Source: Candidatus Nomurabacteria bacterium (GTDB taxonomy: Bacteria > Patescibacteriota > Minisyncoccia > Phycocordibacterales > UBA9973). Taken from it: DNA of 32,865 nt. Below are positions 1-7,582 of this stretch, piece by piece; within the stretch, counting starts at the first letter, position 1; every line of letters starts with the position of its first letter. Under the pieces are notes generated by a model. That model ran no database searches. It saw only the letters and a list, made by a program, of their open reading frames with translations, and was not told where the DNA came from. The stretch is taken from the NCBI GenBank assembly GCA_943354645.1, contig CALRCO010000003.1:1-32865 (forward strand), written 5' to 3'. The translations under genes and the position numbers were made by a program.

Positions 1-2
1 CG

Positions 3-167
3 ATCATGAAGCTTGAGGAATTCGTGTACACAGAACATGATATTTACACCACCTTTGGACCGTACTTTAAAATTCACCGTATTTTAAAATCACATAAACA
101 TATTCGTGACGGTAAGCCATATAAGCGCCGTACTATTTCGGTATATATGGAAAAATTACCAAGCTAG
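3..167 (+). CDS. C-terminal fragment of a gene running in from the left edge (function not assignable)
   Basis: Open frame from window edge: IMKLEEFVYTEHDIYTTFGPYFKIHRILKSHKHIRDGKPYKRRTISVYMEKLPS, TAG at 165-167. Confidence 0.6.
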   Translation: MMKLEEFVYTEHDIYTTFGPYFKIHRILKSHKHIRDGKPYKRRTISVYMEKLPS

Positions 168-172
168 CAAAG

Positions 173-200
173 TTGACATGTGGTGATATTTGTGTATAAT
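173..200 (+). promoter_or_regulatory. sigma70-type promoter
   Basis: TTGACA (173-178), 16 nt spacer, TATAAT (195-200). Confidence 0.7.
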
Positions 201-224
201 TGCACATAGATAAAACCCCGCATA

Positions 225-311
225 ATGCAAAAAGAGAAAACAAAAGAAGAAATTGAGATCGCTAATGAATTTTGGAAAAGATGGAAAGATATCTATTTTC
301 CTAAAAAATAA
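225..311 (+). CDS. 28-aa small ORF, not in ORF track
   Basis: MQKEKTKEEIEIANEFWKRWKDIYFPKK*, between a consensus promoter and a terminator hairpin. Confidence 0.5.
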   Translation: MQKEKTKEEIEIANEFWKRWKDIYFPKK

Positions 312-333
312 CAGTATCTCATCACAAAGATGC

Positions 334-359
334 AAAAGCCCTCCAGTTGGAGGGCTTTT
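334..359. terminator. bidirectional intrinsic terminator
   Basis: aaaagccctcc-agtt-ggagggctttt between convergent ORFs. Confidence 0.75.
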
Positions 360-371
360 CTTTTTGCTATC

Positions 372-722
372 TTATCTAGAATCGTCCTTATATTCTTCAA
401 TAAAAGATTCAAGGTTCATGCAAATAGTCCAGTCATATTTTTTTAAGAGAGTATGGAAGATCTCATAAATTTCTTTTGTTTTTTCGTCAAGTAGACCTCT
501 TTTTAACGACAAGGTTATTTCTCTTAGTGCACTATCTTTGTTTAAACTGAAAAGGTTGTGAAAATTTTCAATAATGATATCTTTGTCTGCGCTAAGCAAT
601 TTGTCGATATTAGCCATATCTTCCGCATCAAAATGGTGGCCAAGATTTTTTTCAATTAAAATAAAGTCTTTATTTGTTGAAAAAGCGTATTCGCGGTTTA
701 GATTGTTTTTTTCCTGTTCCAT
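372..722 (-). CDS. hypothetical protein (116 aa)
   Basis: ATG start with TATACT 7 nt upstream on minus strand; ends at the terminator. Confidence 0.7.
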   Translation of the reverse strand: MEQEKNNLNREYAFSTNKDFILIEKNLGHHFDAEDMANIDKLLSADKDIIIENFHNLFSLNKDSALREITLSLKRGLLDEKTKEIYEIFHTLLKKYDWTICMNLESFIEEYKDDSR

Positions 723-744
723 GAGATAAAGTATATCAAAATTA

Positions 745-938
745 ATGTGTGTCGGAAACGGACTTGCCCGCAGCTAAAATTTCGCCGACGCTCAATTTTG
801 CTTGGGCACCGCCTCGTGATTTTTCGAAACGAAAAATAACACTCCGGCGTTCAAGTCCGCACGCATACAATGCAGATTGCATGCTTCGACCGCGCATATG
901 AAAAATCACCACAATTGTGGTGATTTTTCATATGCGCG
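745..938. repeat. tRNA-3'-associated structured element, copy 1 (tRNA-Asp)
   Basis: 766-858 aligns ungapped (72/93) to 17483-17575; 48-bp perfect palindrome 891-938 runs into the tRNA acceptor; inverted copy of the T arm GTTCAAGTCC at 849-858. Confidence 0.85.
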
Positions 939-1009
939 AGCGATGGGACTTGAACCCACGACCTCTCCCGTGACAGGGGAGCGCTCTGAACCAGCTGAGC
1001 TACGCCCGC
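935..1009 (-). tRNA. tRNA-Asp(GTC)
   Basis: Reverse complement GCGGGCGTAGCTCAGCTGGTTCAGAGCGCTCCCCT-GTC-ACGGGAGAGGTCGTGGGTTCAAGTCCCATCGCTCGCG folds as a cloverleaf; CCA not encoded. Confidence 0.97.
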
Positions 1010-1668
1010 ATATTGGCAATATATCTATCAAACTGAACCTTTTTTCTTTTTAAACATAAGGAAACAGTACTGGTATTATACATAAAATCATAAATTTTCA
1101 AAGCATCTCCTGTACTAAATTGCAGTCTAAAGTATGACCCACTTTTTGAAGTTACGAGACATCCTGTTGTTTTCAATAGAGATGTCAGCTTATTTTTTAA
1201 TTGGTACAAAAATTCACTAGAAGCAGAAGTAAAGGCTAGTTGTAGCACAGTATGGCTGGTTCTTCTTTCCTTGTGTACTTTTCCTTGCCAAATATTACCA
1301 TCTCCATCAAAATAACCTTTTACAAAATAAGGAAACATGACTTTAGGAATCTTGATAAAAGGAAGGTGTTTTGTCTTTGTCTTCCCAAATCCAATTTTTT
1401 GAAATCCCTCCACTATCTCTTTCGATCCTATTTGCAAGCGATAAAATGATGTATTGGTTAAAGAATTTTTTCTCTTGGATATTTTATGGAGAGAACCCAT
1501 GGCGTCTTTAATATCCGAAATTATCTGTCTGTCTTTTGATTGAAATGAAATATAATAACCCCCTCGATTATTAATTGAGAGATTGCCATCTGCTGCGAAA
1601 AATCCAAGGATGTAAGTCATATCAGGACTCCATTTTTTAAAAAATAGCGCTACCTTTTCTGTTTGCAT
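1000..1668 (-). CDS. free-standing double-motif LAGLIDADG endonuclease family protein
   Basis: Two motifs YILGFFAADGN and FVKGYFDGDGN; basic protein; stop codon lies inside tRNA-Asp. Confidence 0.85.
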   Translation of the reverse strand: MQTEKVALFFKKWSPDMTYILGFFAADGNLSINNRGGYYISFQSKDRQIISDIKDAMGSLHKISKRKNSLTNTSFYRLQIGSKEIVEGFQKIGFGKTKTKHLPFIKIPKVMFPYFVKGYFDGDGNIWQGKVHKERRTSHTVLQLAFTSASSEFLYQLKNKLTSLLKTTGCLVTSKSGSYFRLQFSTGDALKIYDFMYNTSTVSLCLKRKKVQFDRYIANMRA

Positions 1669-1767
1669 ATTGTTAATAGTATACCCGATGACAGTAAATT
1701 ACCCTAACCATGTTATCAACAATTCATTACCTTTTGGAAAAGTTGGTGTGGGGGTATACTCATACAT

Positions 1768-2622
1768 ATGATGAAGCATATAGAAGGAATCGGCGTTGCA
1801 CTTTTTTTGATGGGGGCATTTTCATTTGGGGTGACACTTCTATCAAAAGAAACAACATTGTTGGCGACAACGCCGTCTGTTCCTATTGTTGCGTCTGTGA
1901 AAAATATTGTTTCAGGGCCAGTACAAATAGAGAACGACGAAGCAGTATCGCAGCAAGTTGCCTTGGTGATTACTGCTGCTACTGTTGCGCAAAAAAACAC
2001 CAGTGCGCCGTTGTTTCGCTCTAGTTGTCTAAAAGGAAGTGGTGATCCTGATGCATCTATGATGGCGATTTCTCCAACTGTCGGTATTAATGTTTCTTAT
2101 GTACCAGATGACCTTGTGTCGATACCCAAATCATATACAAAGGATAGTAGTTTTTGTTTGACCCAAGCAACTAAAGATGCAGTTGTGACACTTATTGATG
2201 CTGCTCATACCGAGGGATTTTCAATAAAAGTATCGTCTGCATTCAGAAGTTATGGTACACAATCGTATTTATATCGTATGCATTTTGATATTTTGAAACT
2301 AACAAGAAAAACAGTTGCACTTGCAGGGCATTCTGAACATCAATTAGGGACTGCGGTTGATCTTTCAGGTGCATCTATTGGATATAAAAGTGCAGCAGCA
2401 TCTTTTGGCACCACTCCTGAATATGCATGGCTGATTGCTCATGCGAGCGAGTATGGATTTGTACAAAGTTATCCAAAAGGAACAGAATCAATAACAGGAT
2501 ACGCAACAGAGCCGTGGCATTTTAGATATGTAGGCAAAGAGATTGCACAAGCTATTGCTCAAGAAGGAGTTACGCTGTATGAGTATCTGAATAAAATGAC
2601 AGGAGAAGCGGTGTCAATATAA
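1768..2622 (+). CDS. M15B / VanY-family D-Ala-D-Ala carboxypeptidase, N-terminally anchored
   Basis: SAFRSY..Q, GHSEHQLGTAVD (SxHxxGxAxD) and EPWHFRYVG motifs; hydrophobic N-terminus. Confidence 0.9.
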   Translation: MMKHIEGIGVALFLMGAFSFGVTLLSKETTLLATTPSVPIVASVKNIVSGPVQIENDEAVSQQVALVITAATVAQKNTSAPLFRSSCLKGSGDPDASMMAISPTVGINVSYVPDDLVSIPKSYTKDSSFCLTQATKDAVVTLIDAAHTEGFSIKVSSAFRSYGTQSYLYRMHFDILKLTRKTVALAGHSEHQLGTAVDLSGASIGYKSAAASFGTTPEYAWLIAHASEYGFVQSYPKGTESITGYATEPWHFRYVGKEIAQAIAQEGVTLYEYLNKMTGEAVSI

Positions 2623-2624
2623 AA

Positions 2625-2671
2625 CAAAATTAAAAGCAGTGCCAGCGAAGCTGGCACTGCTTTTAATTTTG
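2625..2671. terminator. bidirectional intrinsic terminator
   Basis: caaaattaaaagcagtgccagc-gaa-gctggcactgcttttaattttg between convergent genes. Confidence 0.85.
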
Positions 2672-2684
2672 TCCGGTCGTCTCT

Positions 2685-4394
2685 CTATTGAATTACTATT
2701 TTCGTCACACTATACGGACGCACTACCATACTTGTTGGATTTTGTATGGATTGTAATGCGGTGAGGGTAACAGGAGAGAATGTTCCAGTGAAATTCTTTT
2801 CTCCATAACTTGAAGAAAGAGCAGATCCATATATTGATTGTGACTGCACTGTTTTACCCGCTGGGACAATTGATGCATTATTTACTTTAATATCTTGTAC
2901 TGCAATTGATTGTCCTGTCCAGTTTGAAACAATGTAGGTGAGTTTATTTGTTGCTGTGTCTTTTGCACCAAGGACTTGCACATCAAGTTGGTCAATGCCT
3001 GTTGGGATTGTGAGAGTGTTCGTATCGAGTAGTTTATGGTTACCGTCAAATACTGATGCAAGTAATTCAAATACATGCATGGTGGTGCGTTTTACCATAC
3101 TGGTGCCAATTTTTTGCACGTTACCGACATCATCTGAAGATGTATCGTACTTACTGATTGCTGCACGATTGTCTCCAACACCATTTAAGTAATACATTGA
3201 TTCAACAACATTATTATGTGCTGCATTGTATTTCATCACCCCCGTGATAAAGTCTGTGGTGAATAGCGCTTGTGCTATGGTGTTGTTTACTGAGAATGCA
3301 CTAAACGTATTTGGGACGACACCATTATTGTCGGTACCCCATGAATTTACCACTATTTTATATCCGGGATACGCACTCATGCGAGCGTCTAATTTTGAAG
3401 GAATGTTACTCGTATAGTGGTGTGTTATTGTTTTGAAACAATCAAATCTTACAGCAGAATCTCCTGTGGTGCAGGTTTGGTCGACATTTTCATCGTTGTC
3501 CATAACCATATAAATACCCGCATAATCAAACCATTTATTTGCCCCCGTGTTTGAGTTTATAAGTGCTGTGTTCCATGCAGTAATAAATGGGTCCTTGGCT
3601 GCATTTAATGGATTAAGAAGTCCAACAACAACTTTTACATCTGGGTGAGCAGATTTTACGCCAAGACTCACTGCTTTTGCACGAGTGATATATGTTTGCG
3701 GATCATTATTAAGGACAGGGCGAACTTTGTTGTCAGAAATTTCAACACCGGCGAGCCATTTATCAACATTGAGTCCTTTTGCTTTTGCGTCTGCGATCAT
3801 ACCAACGTTTTCTGTAATTGCGAGTTGATTACTTGCATCATCCGTTGGGAGAAGTGCAATACTGCCACCACCAGCTTTTTGTGTGCGGATATTACCAAGT
3901 GCGTACAATTTTGCATCACTGCCGAATGCTTGCATAAATGCAGTAAATCGATCCCAATGTTTCCATGTGGTTGTTGCTGTTTTATTTGCCCAATTATTCA
4001 TGGCTGGGTCAGTGTTTCCGGCAGAAGCGAGTTCACTTGGGAGCATTCCTAAATAATTACCTTGCCAATGTGACCAGTTCATTGCTGCTAATAAATTAGG
4101 GTCATAGGAATGTACTCCAGACGCTTTCCATATATCAACGAATCCTGGTTGTTGATCAAAGACAGGAAATGCGCCAGTAAGAGTTGCTCCCATAAAGTAA
4201 TGGTTTATTTTAGGGCCGATAGTTGCTGGAGTGATTACGACTTGACCACCATTATTGTTATTGTGACGCCACGGAAAGAAAACAAGTCCTGAAAGAAATC
4301 CAGGATTACTTGCCGTGTTTGCATATAAAAATAGTCCAAAAAACAAAAAGACTCCGCAAAAAAAGACACCCTTAGTAACATTTTTCACTGACAT
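2685..4394 (-). CDS. secreted or anchored protein, glycoside-hydrolase clan-A-like (barrel plus C-terminal beta-sandwich)
   Basis: N-terminal hydrophobic segment; WLAGVE resembles W.IGNE; C-terminal VVRPYSVTKIVIQ resembles GH30/39/51-type termini. Family call is inference. Confidence 0.55.
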   Translation of the reverse strand: MSVKNVTKGVFFCGVFLFFGLFLYANTASNPGFLSGLVFFPWRHNNNNGGQVVITPATIGPKINHYFMGATLTGAFPVFDQQPGFVDIWKASGVHSYDPNLLAAMNWSHWQGNYLGMLPSELASAGNTDPAMNNWANKTATTTWKHWDRFTAFMQAFGSDAKLYALGNIRTQKAGGGSIALLPTDDASNQLAITENVGMIADAKAKGLNVDKWLAGVEISDNKVRPVLNNDPQTYITRAKAVSLGVKSAHPDVKVVVGLLNPLNAAKDPFITAWNTALINSNTGANKWFDYAGIYMVMDNDENVDQTCTTGDSAVRFDCFKTITHHYTSNIPSKLDARMSAYPGYKIVVNSWGTDNNGVVPNTFSAFSVNNTIAQALFTTDFITGVMKYNAAHNNVVESMYYLNGVGDNRAAISKYDTSSDDVGNVQKIGTSMVKRTTMHVFELLASVFDGNHKLLDTNTLTIPTGIDQLDVQVLGAKDTATNKLTYIVSNWTGQSIAVQDIKVNNASIVPAGKTVQSQSIYGSALSSSYGEKNFTGTFSPVTLTALQSIQNPTSMVVRPYSVTKIVIQ

Positions 4395-4511
4395 AATAAA
4401 GTTAAAGTGTGGTTATTAATAAATAAGATTAAAGCGACGATAATTTTATTATACAAAATTCATTGCAATTATCATGATAAAAGGGTGGATAAATAATAGG
4501 GTGTGTATTGG

Positions 4512-4540
4512 TTGAAAATAAAGGGTGAAAATGGTAGTAT
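4512..4540 (+). promoter_or_regulatory. putative promoter for tRNA-Thr(GGT) and its hairpin leader
   Basis: TTGAAA, 17 nt, TAGTAT with TG extension. Confidence 0.5.
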
Positions 4541-4581
4541 CAAGCGTGGTTTAAGCGATGATTTTTGTGATTGAAGAGCGT

Positions 4582-4776
4582 GGTCGGAAATTTTTTCACA
4601 CTGCGTGTAAAAAAACTTTCCGACCTGAATTTTGTGCAAAATTTTATGGCCGGAAAGCTTTTTCACGCTACGCGTAAAAAAGCTTTCCGGCACAAATTAG
4701 GCCAAAATTAGTCAGAAATTTTTTTGCGCTTTGCGCAAAAAAACTTTCTGACATGAATTTTATGGCGTAAAATTCA
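4582..4776. repeat. three tandem ~65-nt hairpin units directly 5' of tRNA-Thr
   Basis: Palindromes at 4582-4625, 4649-4691 and 4711-4752 with covarying outer stems, separated by related AT-rich linkers. Confidence 0.85.
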
Positions 4777-4851
4777 GCCGTCATAGCTTAGTGGTAAAGC
4801 ACGATATTGGTAATATCGAGACCGTGAGTCCGATTCTCACTGACGGCTCCA
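4777..4851 (+). tRNA. tRNA-Thr(GGT), CCA encoded
   Basis: Acceptor GCCGTCA/TGACGGC then T-CCA; anticodon arm CGATA-TT-GGT-AA-TATCG; T-loop variant TCCGATT. Confidence 0.95.
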
Positions 4852-4890
4852 GGATTTAGTTTGTTAATTAAGTTATTACCACTTTTTATT

Positions 4891-4919
4891 TTGACAGTGG
4901 TATGTAAGTTCACTATAAT
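4891..4919 (+). promoter_or_regulatory. perfect sigma70 promoter of the HNH gene (leaderless)
   Basis: TTGACA (4891-4896), 17 nt, TATAAT (4914-4919), ATG at 4927. Confidence 0.85.
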
Positions 4920-4926
4920 TAACTAT

Positions 4927-5382
4927 ATGCCAAATCCTAAAAAACCTAGACCAAAATGTTTGTTTTGTGGAGAGGAAACATTCCGACCCGGGTATATTTA
5001 TTGCAGTAATATTTGTCAGCAAAAGTATCAGCGTCAAGGATATCTTAGTAAGTGGAAAAAAGGAGAAGTGAAAGGCTTGCAAAGTATAGGAATCGTTTCG
5101 ACTTCGATTAAAATATACTTGCGAGAAAAATATAATAACAAATGTTGTTTGTGTGGGTGGTCAGAAACCAATTTAAAAACGGGATTAGTTCCATTGGTTG
5201 CCGATCATATTGATGGTAATTGGCGCAATAATATTGAAAGTAACTTACGATTACTTTGTCCAAATTGTGATTCGTTAACTCCCACATATGCAGCATTGAA
5301 TAAAGGAAATGGAAGAAAAAATCGAGCAATCAGTAAAAGAGTAAAAGAAGGACGTTTGTTAATGATAAAGAAGCCAAGGTAG
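4927..5382 (+). CDS. HNH endonuclease with zinc-binding CxxC motifs (151 aa from ATG 4927)
   Basis: CLFC..YCSNIC, CCLCG, LVADHIDGNWRNN..SNLRLLCPNCDS. Confidence 0.9.
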   Translation: MPNPKKPRPKCLFCGEETFRPGYIYCSNICQQKYQRQGYLSKWKKGEVKGLQSIGIVSTSIKIYLREKYNNKCCLCGWSETNLKTGLVPLVADHIDGNWRNNIESNLRLLCPNCDSLTPTYAALNKGNGRKNRAISKRVKEGRLLMIKKPR

Positions 5383-5440
5383 TTGTTTTGGTAGATACGA
5401 TGAGTAGCGGAAATAAAAAGAAATAAAAATAAAATAATTC

Positions 5441-5513
5441 GCCACCTTAGCTCAGTTGGTAGAGCGTTGGTATCGTAAACCGAAGGTCCGCAGTTCGATC
5501 CTGCGAGGTGGCT
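5441..5513 (+). tRNA. tRNA-Thr(CGT)
   Basis: Acceptor GCCACCT/AGGTGGC; anticodon arm TTGGT-AT-CGT-AA-ACCGA; GTTCGATC T arm; CCA not encoded. Confidence 0.95.
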
Positions 5514-5517
5514 CATC

Positions 5518-6396
5518 ATGGATTCTTCCATCATAGACAATCGCATAGACGAAATCGAAACAGCTATGACAGGTGGGGATTTTTGGGCGGATAAGGATAA
5601 GGCCCAAGCAATGTTGCGCGAGCTTGCGGAGCTTAAACAACAAAAAGAAGGCAAGGCAGCATTTGATAAAGGTGGCGCGATTATGACTATCATTTCCGGT
5701 GCGGGTGGCGATGACGCGGAAGATTTTGCGCGAATGCTTTTTGATATGTATGTGCAGTATTTTCCTCGTGCGAAATTTTCTTACAGTGTGCTTTCAGAAA
5801 CCAAAAATGATCAGAATGGCTATCGAAATATTTCAGTTGAGATTTCCGGCAAAAATACATATGGCACTTTAAAGCATGAAAGTGGAGTACATCGGCTCGT
5901 ACGGACTAGCCCATTCAACTCGAAAGCGAAACGCAGTACCAGTTTTGCGCTTGTAGAAGTGCTACCTAAAATTCCAAAAGCAGCGATGCCGGAACTTCGC
6001 ACGGAAGATATCGAAGTTGATTTTGCGCGCGCTGGCGGTCCGGGCGGGCAGAATGTGAACAAGCGCGAGACAGCAGTCCGCGTGACACACAAGCCGACAG
6101 GTATCACCGTGCTTGCACGTGAAGAACGCTCTCAAGAACAAAACAGAGAACATGCGCTTGAAGTTTTGCGTGGTAAATTATTTAAAAAAGCAGAAGACGA
6201 ACATAAGGAATTAAAAGAAAGCATGCAATTTTCAAAATCGACCGATATCGAATGGGGGAATCAGATCCGCAACTATGTGCTCCATCCGTACAAATTAGTG
6301 AAAGATTTGCGTACGGGCGTCGAAACCGCGGATGTTTCCTCCGTTCTCGACAAAGGAGAATTGGGTGCATTTATTGAAGCGGAGCGAGCGTTGTAG
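5518..6396 (+). CDS. prfB: peptide chain release factor 2, shortened domain 1, no frameshift
   Basis: SPF motif (HRLVRTSPF), [22 protein letters not shown]. Confidence 0.95.
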   Translation: MDSSIIDNRIDEIETAMTGGDFWADKDKAQAMLRELAELKQQKEGKAAFDKGGAIMTIISGAGGDDAEDFARMLFDMYVQYFPRAKFSYSVLSETKNDQNGYRNISVEISGKNTYGTLKHESGVHRLVRTSPFNSKAKRSTSFALVEVLPKIPKAAMPELRTEDIEVDFARAGGPGGQNVNKRETAVRVTHKPTGITVLAREERSQEQNREHALEVLRGKLFKKAEDEHKELKESMQFSKSTDIEWGNQIRNYVLHPYKLVKDLRTGVETADVSSVLDKGELGAFIEAERAL

Positions 6397-6410
6397 TATA
6401 ATAAGATAAT

Positions 6411-6674
6411 ATGAAAAATTTATTTCACAAATGTGTACCCATATTAGCAATAATACAGATTGGGGTATTGCTTTCAGTATTATTTTCTAATATATCTCAA
6501 TTAGATAACCCCTCTTCAAGTTCGATGTTTACATGGATGCTTTTGGTTTTGGTTACTGAAACAGTTTTTGTGGTAATTTCACTTTTAACTAAAAATAAAA
6601 AAGTATACCAAATTATTAATATTGGTTTACTCGCAGTTATCTCTTTCGTATTGTTGTTATTTTTATATAGATAA
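6411..6674 (+). CDS. small membrane protein (about 3 TM segments)
   Basis: Three hydrophobic stretches; TATAAT 8 nt before ATG; followed by terminator. Confidence 0.7.
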   Translation: MKNLFHKCVPILAIIQIGVLLSVLFSNISQLDNPSSSSMFTWMLLVLVTETVFVVISLLTKNKKVYQIINIGLLAVISFVLLLFLYR

Positions 6675-6717
6675 AACAAAGCGAGGAAAGCTAAATGCTT
6701 TCCTCGCTTTGTTTTAT
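6671..6717 (+). terminator. intrinsic terminator
   Basis: ataaaacaaagcgaggaaagc-taaat-gctttcctcgctttgttttat. Confidence 0.85.
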
Positions 6718-6795
6718 GGTCTTTAATTTCTGTTTCGTATTTTCCTATTTCTTGCTACAATAGAACATACGCAGTAATTCTTGTTTTTGTCTCCA

Positions 6796-6826
6796 CTACT
6801 TACTACTAACTACTTTCTACTTACTA
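6796..6826. repeat. short tandem (CTACTTA-like) tract before ftsE
   Basis: 28/31 identical to the reverse complement of 29706-29736. Confidence 0.75.
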
Positions 6827-6830
6827 AACC

Positions 6831-7511
6831 ATGATTCACTTCGACAATGTTTCAAAAATATATGCAGGAGACACACCTTCACTCGAAGATGTGACCTTGA
6901 GTATCAAGCCGGGAGAATTTGTTTCCATTGTGGGTCATTCTGGTGCAGGGAAGACGACGCTCACCAAGCTTATCTTGGCGGAAGAAAAACCAACTTCAGG
7001 TACGGTTATATTTGATAAACATGATGTGCATAAATTGCGTTCAAGTAAAATGCTCGAACTTCGCCGTCGTATAGGTATGGTCTTTCAAGATTTTCGATTG
7101 TTGCCAAATAAAACCGCGTACGAAAATATTGCATTTGCGATGGAAGCGGCAGGTAAGAGCGATGCAGAAATCGAAACAGACGTGCCGCATGTGCTGCTTC
7201 TTGTCGATCTTGAATCAAAGATGCACCATTTTCCACGACAACTTTCTGGCGGTGAAAAACAGCGTCTCGCTATTGCGCGCGCTATCATCAATCAACCAGA
7301 CCTCATTATTGCCGATGAGCCAACAGGAAATTTGGATCCGGTAAATACCTACGATATCGTGCAGATTTTGAAAAAAATCAATGACATGGGTACGACAGTG
7401 ATTCTCACGACACACAATCGAGGTGTGGTAGAATCAATCGGCAAGCGCGTTATCACACTGGAAAAAGGACGGGTCGTACGTGACGATAAAGATGGTAAAT
7501 ATGTGATCTAG
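6831..7511 (+). CDS. ftsE: cell division ATP-binding protein FtsE
   Basis: GHSGAGKTT, VFQDFRLL, LSGGEKQR, ADEPTGNLDP; upstream of ftsX. Confidence 0.95.
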   Translation: MIHFDNVSKIYAGDTPSLEDVTLSIKPGEFVSIVGHSGAGKTTLTKLILAEEKPTSGTVIFDKHDVHKLRSSKMLELRRRIGMVFQDFRLLPNKTAYENIAFAMEAAGKSDAEIETDVPHVLLLVDLESKMHHFPRQLSGGEKQRLAIARAIINQPDLIIADEPTGNLDPVNTYDIVQILKKINDMGTTVILTTHNRGVVESIGKRVITLEKGRVVRDDKDGKYVI

Positions 7512-7582
7512 TAGCAAGTAGCAAGGGACATGTAGCAGGGAGCAACTAACAACTAAAAGCTAGCAACTAACAACTATTATTT

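Noticed and set aside
766-897. Additional plus-strand tRNA or tRNA pseudogene (also 17483-17612)
   Set aside because: Only T-arm and acceptor-like pieces are present, split by a hairpin, with no D arm or anticodon arm; treated as part of the repeat element.
935-1668. Group I intron or intein hosting the LAGLIDADG ORF
   Set aside because: tRNA-Asp is uninterrupted, there is no room for a ribozyme core, and no intein splice motifs are present.
1768-2622. Vancomycin-resistance locus
   Set aside because: Lone M15B peptidase with no vanHAX or vanRS genes; more likely ordinary cell-wall processing.
4582-4776. CRISPR array
   Set aside because: Repeats are divergent long palindromes, linkers are short and similar to each other, and no cas genes are in the window.
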